Below are positions 48,744-57,416 of a stretch of DNA of 64,000 nt, piece by piece (the stretch's first letter is position 1; every line of letters starts with the position of its first letter). The DNA is from Bdellovibrionales bacterium (lineage in GTDB: Bacteria > Pseudomonadota > Alphaproteobacteria > UBA2400), in contig JBDHTQ010000001.1 of NCBI GenBank assembly GCA_039808765.1, positions 67,683 through 131,682 on the forward strand, in the 5' to 3' direction. The notes below the pieces were generated by a model. It did not search any database. It was not told where the DNA came from and worked only from the letters and a program-made list of their open reading frames with translations. The translations under genes were made by a program, and so were the position numbers.

Positions 48744-50228
48744 ATGAAGAAGTCTGGCTGGATTGCGTTATCGATTTTTCTGATTGTGATTTTGGCGATT
48801 GCTGTCGCTGCTGATCGCCTGCTTGCCTTTTCAGCAACAAAGATGTTGGAGGATGCACAAAATCGTCTTCCCGCGGGAACAACCTTTATGCACGGCGAAT
48901 TGCATACCAGCCTCTTTCGGCGGGTGGTCGTGCTTGATAATTTTGTCTACCAAACACCCATATGGACGTTTAAAGCCGATCGCGCCGTGTTGCGTGGCGT
49001 GCCTTGGATCGACAATGAATCATTGTCGTTAGGCGGTATCGAACTGGTAAAGCCTGTTGTAACGGGACCGGTGAGTGGCTCGCTTGATCAATTGGTCGTG
49101 GGGCATCCTTATATCGGACCCGTTAAGGAGGGTGAGGCATCGGGCCTGCAATTCCAATCGCTTGAGGCAAAAAATCTAGACTCGCGTTATGAAAAAGATG
49201 GTAGTTTTCTGCGTGTGGGGGATTTGGAAATCAAAAATTTAACGGGTACAAATCTCGGTCAACTAAAAATTGTGGATTTGGAAGCCCATATTGCCGATAT
49301 TAACCTTGCCGAAAAGTTACAGCGACAAGCAGAGATACGTAGGCTAAATGCGAACATCGATTCGCTTCCTGATGGACCTGTGGTTCCCGCTGAGCCGGTT
49401 AATGCAAAGCTTGAATTTCTCTCTGCCGACGGGGTTGACCTCGCGCTTTTTAAAAATAATGATTCGACCGATGTTTTAAATCGGCTTTTTTTTCAAGATA
49501 GCTTGCGTGCCCTTGAGATAAAAAAACTAAAGGTAGAAAAAAATAATCATCAGGATTTTGATGTCGATTCTGTCCTATTTAATGGGGAAGATGTTGCCCA
49601 TAACGAGCGCCGCGGCCTTAATTTCGCTATTCAAAATCTCAAGATCGCAGCAGGTGGCCTTCCCCCGGAGTTAATCGAAAATCTAAAGGCAGGTGGGCAT
49701 GATGCGCTTCTCGTCAATTTGACTGCAGGTGCAACTTTTGATGAAACAGCGCATCAGTTAAAGATTGGGCCGTTTGAATTGCGGGCTGATGGCCTGTTTG
49801 CTCTCAGCGCTTTCTTTAATCTCGTAAATATTAGAAATCTTGCTCAAATGTCGAGTCCTGCTGCCGTCGCGTCAATGGGATTTAAGGATGGCGAGATCAG
49901 TCTTGTTGATTTCGGCGGCATTTCACGCTATACAAATATGAAAGCAAAGAATCATGGCATGACACGCGCTGATTATGTTGCGACACAGCTGAACATTTTT
50001 TCTCAAGGGACGCCCCTTGATCAAATGCCCAGCCGAAGTCGCGATATTTTTACAGCCGTGACGCGTTTTTTAAACGAGCCATCAGGTGTGCGCTTTGTCG
50101 CACATCCTCAAGATCCTGTATCGTTAGTCCTTATCTTCGTGATGGTCCAAACGAAACAAGTGCAGGTTTTATTGGATAAAATAGGATTAACAACTGAAAA
50201 AATGGAGAATCAACATTTATCACAATAA
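48744..50228 (+). CDS. membrane-anchored hypothetical protein (~495 aa)
   Basis: A single N-terminal TM helix (GWIALSIFLIVILAIAVAA) is followed by a large extracytoplasmic part. I recognise no family. Confidence 0.45.
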   Translation: MKKSGWIALSIFLIVILAIAVAADRLLAFSATKMLEDAQNRLPAGTTFMHGELHTSLFRRVVVLDNFVYQTPIWTFKADRAVLRGVPWIDNESLSLGGIELVKPVVTGPVSGSLDQLVVGHPYIGPVKEGEASGLQFQSLEAKNLDSRYEKDGSFLRVGDLEIKNLTGTNLGQLKIVDLEAHIADINLAEKLQRQAEIRRLNANIDSLPDGPVVPAEPVNAKLEFLSADGVDLALFKNNDSTDVLNRLFFQDSLRALEIKKLKVEKNNHQDFDVDSVLFNGEDVAHNERRGLNFAIQNLKIAAGGLPPELIENLKAGGHDALLVNLTAGATFDETAHQLKIGPFELRADGLFALSAFFNLVNIRNLAQMSSPAAVASMGFKDGEISLVDFGGISRYTNMKAKNHGMTRADYVATQLNIFSQGTPLDQMPSRSRDIFTAVTRFLNEPSGVRFVAHPQDPVSLVLIFVMVQTKQVQVLLDKIGLTTEKMENQHLSQ

Positions 50229-50314
50229 AATTGTTTCAACGTCTTGCCTAGAATGACGATAATGGTTAATGTCAATTTTTAACAGGTAGAGGCATTTAGC
50301 AGAAGGAAAAAAAA

Positions 50315-50932
50315 ATGAAGTTTTACCCCGATGAGCGTGTTGCTGTTTTTATTGATGGAGCAAATCTTTATTCAGCCGCACGTGGATTGGTTTTTGATAT
50401 CGATTACAAGAAGATGCTTGAGTTTTTCCGGAGTCGTTGCCGTTTGATTCGCGCGTGTTATTACACCGCTCTTCTTGATGACAATGAGTTTTCTCCTATT
50501 CGTCCATTGGTCGACTGGTTGGATTATAACGGCTACACGATGATCACCAAACCCGCGAAGGAATTCACGGATTCTATGGGCCGCCGTAAAATCAAAGGCA
50601 ATGTTGATATTGAACTGGCCGTTGATATGATGGAAATGTCTTTGAATGTTGATCATATCGTTTTGTTCTCCGGTGATGGCGACTTCCGCTCACTGGTTGA
50701 AGCAGTGCAACGTAAAGGCGTACGTGTGACAGTTGTCAGCACCATGCGTTCACCTACCCCTATGGTGGCGGACGAATTGCGTCGTCAGGCCGATACATTT
50801 GTTGATCTTGTTGAGTTGGTTCCTTTCATCAGCCGCGCCCAGCGTGCTGAAGGTGCTACAAACAATTACGAAGAATCTTATGAAATGGATGTTCAACCCC
50901 AGCACGATGCTGCGCTGGAAACAACACCCTGA
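50315..50932 (+). CDS. NYN-domain (LabA-like) protein
   Basis: The motifs RVAVFIDGANLY, KGNVDIELAVD and LFSGDGDFRSLVEAVQRKG are present. Confidence 0.75.
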   Translation: MKFYPDERVAVFIDGANLYSAARGLVFDIDYKKMLEFFRSRCRLIRACYYTALLDDNEFSPIRPLVDWLDYNGYTMITKPAKEFTDSMGRRKIKGNVDIELAVDMMEMSLNVDHIVLFSGDGDFRSLVEAVQRKGVRVTVVSTMRSPTPMVADELRRQADTFVDLVELVPFISRAQRAEGATNNYEESYEMDVQPQHDAALETTP

Positions 50933-50948
50933 TTTCTTCAAATCACAC

Positions 50949-50982
50949 AAAAAGGCCGGCCTTCACGGGTCGGCCTTTTTTT
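50949..50982 (+). terminator. Rho-independent terminator after the NYN-domain gene
   Basis: The sequence is AAAAAGGCCG-gccttcacgggt-CGGCCTTTTTTT. Confidence 0.6.
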
Positions 50983-51074
50983 ATGCGGGGAAAATTTGTC
51001 TTGTTTCCCATTAATCAGATGCACAATTTTACCGAATGTGATAGGCAACGCACAACGATAAATGAGGTGCAGCG

Positions 51075-51872
51075 ATGGATATACTTCTTGTATTAAAAGC
51101 CTTGGTGATGGGAATTGTTGAGGGGGCAACTGAGTTTCTTCCTGTTTCTTCCACAGGGCATTTGATCATCGCTGGCCAGCTCATTAATTTTCCTGCAAAA
51201 GACAATGTTTTTGAAATTGTGATTCAAACTGGCGCAATTTTGGCTGTCATATTGCTCTATTTTGCCAAACTCTGGTCAACACTTGTGCGTATGCCACATG
51301 ACCTGATGGCGCGGCGTTTTGCTTTCGCCGTGGCGATCGGTTTTTTACCCGCTGCACTGCTTGGTGTAGCTTTTCATGATTTTATCAAGGAATATCTCTT
51401 TAATTTGTATGTAATTGCCATTGCTTTAATTATTGGGGGTCTGATTATTTTGTGGGTAGAGCGGCAAAAAATTACAGTGACTGTGTCGACGGTTGACGAT
51501 ATTCGCCTGAGCGACGCATTAAAAATCGGGTTGTTTCAGTGTATTGCGATGATTCCCGGGGTCTCGCGTTCGGGGGCCACGATTATGGGGGCCTTAATGC
51601 TTGGCATTGAACGCAAAGCTGCCGCCGAATTTTCGTTCTTTTTATCTATCCCGACACTCATCGGGGCAGGGGTATATGATTTGCTGAAATCCAGACATGA
51701 ACTTGGTACATCAGACATGTTGCTGATTGCCATTGGCATGTTATCAGCATTCCTAAGCGCTCTTATTGTGGTAAAAGGGTTCGTCGCATGGATTAGCCGC
51801 AATGGTTTTACCGCTTTTGCATGGTATCGAATCGTTTTGGGTATATTAATTTTAGCATTCTTGATCGTTTAA
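51075..51872 (+). CDS. uppP: undecaprenyl-diphosphate phosphatase
   Basis: The motifs GIVEGATEFLPVSSTGHL and IPGVSRSGATI are present. Confidence 0.9.
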   Translation: MDILLVLKALVMGIVEGATEFLPVSSTGHLIIAGQLINFPAKDNVFEIVIQTGAILAVILLYFAKLWSTLVRMPHDLMARRFAFAVAIGFLPAALLGVAFHDFIKEYLFNLYVIAIALIIGGLIILWVERQKITVTVSTVDDIRLSDALKIGLFQCIAMIPGVSRSGATIMGALMLGIERKAAAEFSFFLSIPTLIGAGVYDLLKSRHELGTSDMLLIAIGMLSAFLSALIVVKGFVAWISRNGFTAFAWYRIVLGILILAFLIV

Positions 51873-51896
51873 TCGCTTCTTTAGAGGAGGGGAAAA

Positions 51897-52049
51897 ATGG
51901 CTCATGCAAAAAATCAGAAACAAGAGCGCCTGGCCCAAGCTTTACGGGATAACCTTAAAAAGCGCAAAGCTCAGGAGCGTGCTCGCTCGGATTTTCTACC
52001 CCCAAATGATGAAAAAATGTCTGACACCAAATCGGATGATAACGTCTAA
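51897..52049 (+). CDS. possible small basic protein (50 aa), not in the supplied ORF track
   Basis: A strong RBS (gaggagggg) lies 5-7 nt before the ATG. The sequence is MAHAKNQKQERLAQALRDNLKKRKAQERARSDFLPPNDEKMSDTKSDDNV. Confidence 0.3.
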   Translation: MAHAKNQKQERLAQALRDNLKKRKAQERARSDFLPPNDEKMSDTKSDDNV

Positions 52050-52183
52050 AAGTTATTCATAGCGCCAAGAAAGGCCAATTTTCAATCTATGCTGGCAATC
52101 AGGGTGAAAATTTTCTATAAAGAACGGCGCTTGCCAAAATTTTGGGCAATGTAGTGAATTTGATAGCGCAAGGGGTTTTAAAA

Positions 52184-53464
52184 ATGCAAGGATTAATTGT
52201 TAAAAGTGGTGCCCAACTTCGGGGACAGATTCAGATTAGTGGTGCAAAAAATGCAGCGCTAGCGTTGATGCCTGCCGCGCTTTTAACCGATCAGCCTTTG
52301 CGTTTGGTGAATATGCCTCAGCTCTCGGATACACTCCTGATGCAAGAGCTGATGGCACAATTTGGTGTGGATATTCGTGTCGGTGCAGAGAACGGTCTGA
52401 ACTGGGTTGAGATGAAAGCAGCCGAAATTAAAGATACCTGTGCACCGTATGACATTGTGCGCAAAATGCGCGCCTCAATTTTTACCCTTGGACCGCTGGT
52501 TGCGCGCATAGGGCAGGCGGATGTTTCTTTGCCGGGCGGTTGTGCAATTGGCACACGCCCTGTTGATTTCTATATTAATGGTCTGACGACTCTGGGGGCT
52601 CAAATCGAGCTTGAAAATGGTTACATTCGTGCGCGTGCCCCCCAAGGCCTAAAAGGGGCGAAAATTGTTTTTCCTTTCGCTTCTGTGGGGGCAACTGAGA
52701 GCATGATGATGGCGGCTACGTTAGCACAGGGAGAAAGTGAGCTGGTGAACGCTGCACGCGAGCCAGAAGTGATAGATCTGGCCAATTGTTTGATCGCCAT
52801 GGGGGCTAAAATTGATGGCGCAGGCACAGATACCATCCGCATTCAAGGCCAGGCAGCTCTGCACGGGGCAACGCACCGCATTATTGCTGACCGCATTGAA
52901 GCAGGGACGTATGTTATGGCTGCTGCGATCACGGGAGGGGATTTGGAGTTGTTGGGTGGAAACCTGAATGACTTGGCGGGCGCGCTCCCAATTTTAGAAA
53001 AAGCAGGCGTTGTTTTTACACCCACACAAAACGGTTATCGTGCCTCACGCCCAGGCCAGCTCATTGGTATTGATGCCATGACAGAGCCTTTTCCGGGTTT
53101 TGCAACCGATTTGCAAGCCCAGTACATGGCGTTGATGTGCGTGGCAAATGGTGCCGCGATGATTACAGAGACCATTTTTGAAAATCGCTTTATGCATGCA
53201 CCTGAGCTGATGCGTCTGGGTGCGAATATTACGATTCATGGTAGTTCTGCATTGGTGCGTGGTGTGCCAAAATTAAAGGGTGCTTCGGTTATGGCAACAG
53301 ACCTTCGGGCCTCTGTTTCTTTGGTTCTCGCCGGCTTGGTTGCAGAAGGTAAAACCATCATTAACCGCATTTATCACCTGGATCGCGGCTATGAAAATCT
53401 TGAGAAGAAACTTGCGCAATGCGGTGCTTTAATTGAGCGGGTGGATCTTGCCGATGCTGCTTAG
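52184..53464 (+). CDS. murA: UDP-N-acetylglucosamine 1-carboxyvinyltransferase
   Basis: The protein begins MQGLIVKSGAQLRGQIQISGAKNAAL and contains the active-site LPGGCAIGTRPVD. The ATG at 52184 is preferred over the upstream alternative start. Confidence 0.95.
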   Translation: MQGLIVKSGAQLRGQIQISGAKNAALALMPAALLTDQPLRLVNMPQLSDTLLMQELMAQFGVDIRVGAENGLNWVEMKAAEIKDTCAPYDIVRKMRASIFTLGPLVARIGQADVSLPGGCAIGTRPVDFYINGLTTLGAQIELENGYIRARAPQGLKGAKIVFPFASVGATESMMMAATLAQGESELVNAAREPEVIDLANCLIAMGAKIDGAGTDTIRIQGQAALHGATHRIIADRIEAGTYVMAAAITGGDLELLGGNLNDLAGALPILEKAGVVFTPTQNGYRASRPGQLIGIDAMTEPFPGFATDLQAQYMALMCVANGAAMITETIFENRFMHAPELMRLGANITIHGSSALVRGVPKLKGASVMATDLRASVSLVLAGLVAEGKTIINRIYHLDRGYENLEKKLAQCGALIERVDLADAA

Positions 53465-53567
53465 TGCAAATCCCGAGAAGACAGAATCGCAACTGCCATC
53501 TTTGACGACGTATTTGCATCAAAAAGATAAAACAGAGCGTATCTATCTTCGGGAGATGCGCTCTAGG
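53462..53567 (+). repeat. dispersed intergenic repeat, copy C (most complete)
   Basis: The copy reads tagtgcaaatcccgagaagacagaatcgcaactgccatctttGACGACGTATTTGCatcaaaaagataaaacAGAGCGTATCTatcttcgggAGATGCGCTCTagg. It starts on the murA stop codon. The GCAAAT/ATTTGC and 11-bp AGAGCGTATCT/AGATGCGCTCT inverted repeats are visible. Confidence 0.7.
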
Positions 53568-54046
53568 TGCCGATGATTCCGTCTTCACACCCGCCATATT
53601 GTCCAGCAGACCAGCGCTCGCACCGTTTGATATCGCTTGGTTTAGATGAAGAGGGGTTTTCTTTCCACGATGAGTGGATTGAATTGGCTCAAAAAACCTA
53701 TCACTCACTGCTGCGTTCGAATACGCTTCAGCTTAAATCTGACCCCGAGGCTGGTCCGTATCATTTAAGCCTTTACCCGCGCCGTGAAAGCATTGTCTGT
53801 ACGTTCAAGGATTTGGGGGGAGCAACGTTAGCTTCATTTGTTCTTGACCTCAGCCCTTATCGCGCGCTTAAGACGTTGTTGTCTGTTTCTGTTCCTCATG
53901 AAGACACTGAGCCATTTGTTGAAAAAGGGGCAAAAAGAGTCCGAGTTGATTTAGAGAGTGTCTGCACCGTTGATTATCAGACGGCAGCCTCTCTTTTTAA
54001 TCTTTTCATGCTCATTTTGTTGCAGATGGATGAAGATTCTACTTGA
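53567..54046 (+). CDS. hypothetical protein
   Basis: A 159-aa ORF. The start is uncertain (GTG 53567 or ATG 53573) and overlaps the end of repeat copy C. I recognise no family. Confidence 0.35.
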   Translation: MPMIPSSHPPYCPADQRSHRLISLGLDEEGFSFHDEWIELAQKTYHSLLRSNTLQLKSDPEAGPYHLSLYPRRESIVCTFKDLGGATLASFVLDLSPYRALKTLLSVSVPHEDTEPFVEKGAKRVRVDLESVCTVDYQTAASLFNLFMLILLQMDEDST

Positions 54047-54110
54047 CCAAATCGTTTGGCAAGGCCACTAAATAACGCGCTGACAAGCAAAAGGAAGAGA
54101 GTAAACCCTT

Positions 54111-54329
54111 ATGGCTAAAGAAGAGCTGATTGAATTAAACGGCAAAGTTATCGAATTGCTACCCAACGCAATGTTTCGGGTGGAGCTTGAGAATGGTCAT
54201 GTCATTCTGGGCCACACAGCGGGTAACATGCGCCGTAATCGCATTCGCGTGCTCGTGGGTGATCGGGTGACTGTTGAAATGACACCCTATGATCTGAGCA
54301 AAGGCCGGATCATTTTCCGCCATAAATAA
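54111..54329 (+). CDS. infA: translation initiation factor IF-1
   Basis: The sequence is [70 protein letters not shown]. Confidence 0.95.
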   Translation: MAKEELIELNGKVIELLPNAMFRVELENGHVILGHTAGNMRRNRIRVLVGDRVTVEMTPYDLSKGRIIFRHK

Positions 54330-54385
54330 TTTTCATCACCCCGTTATGGGTGTGCACGACCGAGCATTTTTAGGAGGAGGGTTAA

Positions 54386-54913
54386 ATGGGTTTTAATGAA
54401 GTGCCGAGCGGTAAAAATGTGCCGGATGATGTCAATGTTGTTATTGAAATAGGCATGAACGGTGAGCCGATCAAGTATGAGGTCGATAAGGATTCTGGCG
54501 CGCTTTTTGTTGATCGCTTTATGGCAACCGCGATGCATTATCCCTGCAACTATGGTTATATTCCGCAAACGCTGGGGGGGGATGGCGACCCTGTTGACGT
54601 GTTGGTGGTAACACCTATTCCATTGTCGCCCGGTGTAGTTATTCGCTGCCGTCCCATTGGTGTATTGGAAATGGAAGACGAAGCCGGTGAAGATGCTAAG
54701 TTGCTGGCAGTACCCGTTGATAAATTGATCCCTATTTATAAGTCGGTTCAGTCTCCTTCAGACTTGCCTGCTTTGTTACTAGAGCAAATTAAGCACTTTT
54801 TTGAGCACTATAAGGATTTAGAGCCGGGTAAGTTTGTTAAAGTCAAAGGCTGGAGTGATGCCACAAAGGCCAAGGAAATTATTACTCAAGCCGCGCAAGC
54901 TTACAAAAAATAA
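54386..54913 (+). CDS. ppa: inorganic pyrophosphatase
   Basis: The motifs [40 protein letters not shown] and DAKLLAVP are present. Confidence 0.95.
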   Translation: MGFNEVPSGKNVPDDVNVVIEIGMNGEPIKYEVDKDSGALFVDRFMATAMHYPCNYGYIPQTLGGDGDPVDVLVVTPIPLSPGVVIRCRPIGVLEMEDEAGEDAKLLAVPVDKLIPIYKSVQSPSDLPALLLEQIKHFFEHYKDLEPGKFVKVKGWSDATKAKEIITQAAQAYKK

Positions 54914-54950
54914 GATTTGTGTCCTTTGGTTTTCCCAAAGAATGAGAACG

Positions 54951-54980
54951 AAAGCCGCTTTTTATCGGGCGGCTTTTTCT
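54951..54980 (+). terminator. Rho-independent terminator after ppa
   Basis: AAAGCCGC and GCGGCTTT form a perfect 8-bp stem, followed by TTCTTTT. Confidence 0.65.
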
Positions 54981-55031
54981 TTTGGGTGGCTTGGCGTGGG
55001 CACTGAAGCGGCGGTCATTTTGGCGTTTGCA

Positions 55032-55260
55032 GGGATTTGCTCTCGTTGTGTTTTGCCGCAAATACGTCGTCTAAGATGGCCTCTTCGATCCCATCTTCTC
55101 GGGATTTGCTCTTGTTTTGTTTTTGCCGCAAATGCGTCGTCTAAGATGGTCTCTTCGATTCCATCTTCTCGGGATTTGCTCTTGTTTTGTTTTCGCCGCA
55201 AATGCGTCGTCTAAGATGGCCTCTTCGATCCCATCTTCTCGGGATTTGCTCTCGTGTTTT
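55032..55260. repeat. tandem array: 3 full units (69, 70 and 70 bp) plus a partial fourth; the units are the reverse complement of the 5' ~70 nt of the dispersed repeat family
   Basis: Units begin at 55032, 55101, 55171 and 55241 (gggatttgctct...). Each contains AAGATGG-N11-CCATCTT. The reverse complement of unit 1 is gagaagatgggatcgaagaggccatcttaGACGACGTATTTGCggcaaaacacaacgagagcaaatccc. Confidence 0.9.
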
Positions 55261-55352
55261 TTATCTCTTAAGATTTTTATACGTATTATGCATTCGTTAA
55301 TTTTTCATGCGCTATCTTGCCAGATAGGGGTTTGCCCATAAGAGTTGTGAAA

Positions 55353-57401
55353 ATGGCCGATAACGAGACAGTAAAAACCACTGCTGCTAAAACCGACGCT
55401 ATGCCCGAGAAAATCTCAATCTGCGGGGGGCACTTTGAGATCATGACTAAAGCGGTGTTGGATGGTTTGTCTCAGCCCTCGGGTAAAGCATATGCGTTAA
55501 ATGCCTCTCGGGGGGGCAATGGTTTATTCGCAATCGTGGTCAATCCGGGAGAGTTGCCCCGTGTCGAGCTTGCAAGCAACGCTTTAAACGTCAAAAGCCA
55601 GCAGGTAATGCGCTTTATTGAATATGATAGTGTCTACTGGCCTGAATTTGATATTGCTCAGCCTGTCTTTGTCTTCGAGCGACCCATAGGGCCTCGCCTG
55701 TTAGACCACCGGGCGCAAGAACGGCATCCGCTCAATAATGAAGTGTTCTTCCGTCAAGCTGTTGAAAGCTTAATGGATGGAATGCGCGATTTGTTCCTTG
55801 TCGGGTGTAATCATGGTCGCATTAATCCCACCAACCTTTATGTCAAAGAAGGTGGAGGAGCGCAGATTCAATTGGGGGAGTTTCTAACGTGCCAACCCGG
55901 CTGTGCGCAAGATCCAGCGTATGAAACAATTGAACGAATGATGGCTGCACCCTCTGGGCGCGGGCCAACTCTCCCTGCTGACGATGTATATGCAATTGGT
56001 GTGACCCTTTTAACGTTACTGTTCGGAAAATTACCTGCCGCTAACCTTTCAGCAGAAGAGCTTCTAATCGCAAAAATTGAAAAAACCAGTCTGTTGGCTC
56101 TTTTAAATGGCATGCGTTTGCCTAGCGCCTATAGCGAACTGATGCGCGGATTGTTAACAGATGATTCTAAGCAACGTTGGTCGTTGGATGATGTCAGTCA
56201 TTGGTTGAGCGGACGGCGTATGGGAAGCAAGTCAGCGACACAGGTGAAAAAAGCACAGCGCGCCATTCTTTTTGAAAATGAACCAATATTCAATGCGCGT
56301 TTGCTGGCCCAAAAAATGGCTGAACGCCCCGATGAAGGTATGCGTATCATTGATGATAATTCATTGGCTCGATGGGTTAATCGTTCGCTGGGGGATGAAG
56401 AAATGGCCGCCAGAATTAATGATGCCATCGCCTCGGCAACATCGGTGACGCGTGGTGGTACGCCAGCTGAACGCACCCTTTCGCGTGTGGTACAGGCGCT
56501 GGATCAACGCGCACCCCTAAGGTTTCGTGATATCAGCGCCATGCCCTCTGGTTTAGGGCCTTATTTGGCGACTCTTATCTTAAATGGCCGTTCTCCTACG
56601 AATGTCGTCGAGCTTATATCAAGCCAGCTTATGACCTTTTGGTTAAACTTGTCAGAGAATCTTTGCAGCGAGAACATGGCGCTCACGCAAGCGTATGACG
56701 GTATGCGCATGCTCATGGATCGTGCGCAGATTGGTTTCGGTATAGAGCGTGTTGCTTATGAACTCAACCCGGGGTTGCCCTGCTTAAGCCCTTTTTTAGG
56801 CCATGCTCGGCCCCTCAATTTGAAGGGATTGATGCATGCACTTGAAGGCTGGGCTAAATCAAACGCCGGACAAGAACCAAAACGCGATCCTCTTGATCGG
56901 CATCTTGCCGCTTTTATTCTTTGTCACTATCGCCGCGTAAATGATCGGCTTTTTCAAGTGATTACCCCTAAAGGCGACCCGATTATGAAAGGTATCGCGC
57001 TGCTAACAATCTACGCAGAAATTCAACGAAAGTTTCATCCCGAAGATATGCCGCATCTGGCTAACTACCTTGTTGCTTTTCTTGAACCCTCGTTGAAACG
57101 ATTCAAGAGTCGCCATCTGCGCGAACGAATGCTTAAGGATTTACATCGGTTGGCTAAAAAAGGCAATCTTGATGCCATGCTGCAGGTGGTTGATGACGCG
57201 TCAACTATCGGTAAAGACGAGGAAGCGTTTCAGACGGCCTGCTCTCAATACGAAATGTTCGATAAAGTGATCAAAGACTTATCGTCAGGGGGCAAACGCG
57301 AAAAATCACTCACAAAGCAAGGTCAACAAATCACTGCGTTTTTAAGCTGCCTCTTGGCATTTATCGCGATCTCGCTCATGTTTTTTCTTCAATTGGTATG
57401 A
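55353..57401 (+). CDS. tail-anchored Ser/Thr-kinase-like pseudokinase with a large helical C-terminal region
   Basis: The kinase-fold C-lobe is recognisable but the catalytic motifs are degenerate. HGRINPTNL replaces HRDxKxxN, LGEF replaces DFG, and no Gly-loop or VAIK Lys is present. DVYAIGVTLLTLLFGKLP and DDSKQRWS are retained. The C-terminal TM helix is FLSCLLAFIAISLMFFLQLV. Confidence 0.6.
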   Translation: MADNETVKTTAAKTDAMPEKISICGGHFEIMTKAVLDGLSQPSGKAYALNASRGGNGLFAIVVNPGELPRVELASNALNVKSQQVMRFIEYDSVYWPEFDIAQPVFVFERPIGPRLLDHRAQERHPLNNEVFFRQAVESLMDGMRDLFLVGCNHGRINPTNLYVKEGGGAQIQLGEFLTCQPGCAQDPAYETIERMMAAPSGRGPTLPADDVYAIGVTLLTLLFGKLPAANLSAEELLIAKIEKTSLLALLNGMRLPSAYSELMRGLLTDDSKQRWSLDDVSHWLSGRRMGSKSATQVKKAQRAILFENEPIFNARLLAQKMAERPDEGMRIIDDNSLARWVNRSLGDEEMAARINDAIASATSVTRGGTPAERTLSRVVQALDQRAPLRFRDISAMPSGLGPYLATLILNGRSPTNVVELISSQLMTFWLNLSENLCSENMALTQAYDGMRMLMDRAQIGFGIERVAYELNPGLPCLSPFLGHARPLNLKGLMHALEGWAKSNAGQEPKRDPLDRHLAAFILCHYRRVNDRLFQVITPKGDPIMKGIALLTIYAEIQRKFHPEDMPHLANYLVAFLEPSLKRFKSRHLRERMLKDLHRLAKKGNLDAMLQVVDDASTIGKDEEAFQTACSQYEMFDKVIKDLSSGGKREKSLTKQGQQITAFLSCLLAFIAISLMFFLQLV

Positions 57402-57416
57402 TGGGGCGGTTTAATC

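Noticed and set aside
53361-53708. 115-aa minus-strand ORF
   Set aside because: It is antisense to the murA 3' end and spans repeat copy C, with no independent support.
55032-55260. Possible CRISPR array
   Set aside because: The ~70-bp units are directly contiguous with no unique spacers, the unit length is atypical, and no cas genes are nearby. It is a plain tandem repeat.
54834-55341. Listed ORFs 54834..55214 (+), 55117..55341 (+) and 54962..55201 (-) as coding genes with repetitive peptides
   Set aside because: They exist only because the tandem repeat lacks stops in several frames. They have no RBS, they overlap the ppa terminator, and they are open on both strands at once.
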